Below, piece by piece: positions 7,096 through 7,314 of a stretch of 7,314 nucleotides of DNA (positions are counted from its first letter, which is position 1; the number at the start of each line of letters is the position of its first letter). The translations under genes were made by a program, and so were the position numbers. The notes beneath the pieces are model-generated. The model saw only the letters and a list, made by a program, of their open reading frames with translations, was not told the origin of the DNA and made no database searches. This stretch comes from a virus (lineage: Duplodnaviria > Heunggongvirae > Uroviricota > Caudoviricetes). The stretch lies in the IMG/VR virus record IMGVR_UViG_2802429248_000010; one strand, given 5' to 3'.

Positions 7096-7314
7096 ATGTT
7101 TCATTGTCCTTTATGCCAGCATGCCGCACATGCGCGTACAAGTCGCTATATCACTGACACGACAAAAGAGCGTTATCACCAGTGTCAGAACGTGAATTGC
7201 AGCGCCACGTTCATCACTTATGAGTCGGTACAGCGATACATCGTGAAGCCGGGAGAAGTCCACGCCGTAAGACCGCACCCGTTGCCGTCAGGGCAGCAAA
7301 TTATGTGGATGTGA
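7096..7314 (+). CDS. ogr: Ogr, zinc-finger activator of late transcription
   Basis: 72-aa product MFHCPLCQHAAH...GQQIMWM with a C-X2-C-X22-C-X4-C zinc-binding motif (Cys4, 7, 30, 35). Shine-Dalgarno GAGGTG (7084-7089) lies 6 nt before the ATG at 7096. The 93-aa ORF in the track starts on an in-frame TTG at 7033 and is judged an artefact. The stop TGA is at 7312-7314, the window end. Confidence 0.93.
   Translation: MFHCPLCQHAAHARTSRYITDTTKERYHQCQNVNCSATFITYESVQRYIVKPGEVHAVRPHPLPSGQQIMWM

Noticed and set aside
1-7314. Possibility that the window hides a novel defence or accessory system, CRISPR array, tRNA or mobile element
   Set aside because: No direct-repeat arrays, no tRNA-like structures, no inverted-repeat-flanked segments, and no unexplained coding capacity. 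The one classical cargo site (G-FI) is only 132 bp. Every long ORF is a canonical P2 tail gene.

Overview
The window is the tail-morphogenesis block of a P2-family (Peduovirus-type) temperate myophage or prophage, most likely from an enterobacterial host. All genes are on the + strand, tightly packed, in the canonical P2 order: G (tail fibre assembly), a terminator and late-promoter gap, FI (sheath), FII (tube), E and E+E' (chaperone pair made by a -1 frameshift), T (tape measure), U, D, then ogr (zinc-finger late activator) ending exactly at the window edge. Product lengths (396, 172, 91/142, 815, 159, 387, 72 aa) match what I recall for P2 itself. The intergenic gaps (132, 12, 56, 14 and 81 bp) leave no room for an unannotated gene, and all antisense or out-of-frame ORFs in the track lie inside these conserved genes and look spurious. 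I therefore find no evidence of a novel or undescribed system here. The points worth a second look are regulatory and architectural: the frameshift site, an empty cargo hotspot at G-FI, a perfect palindrome between FII and E, and the T start overlapping the E' stop. All homology statements are from memory of P2-family proteins, not from a database search.
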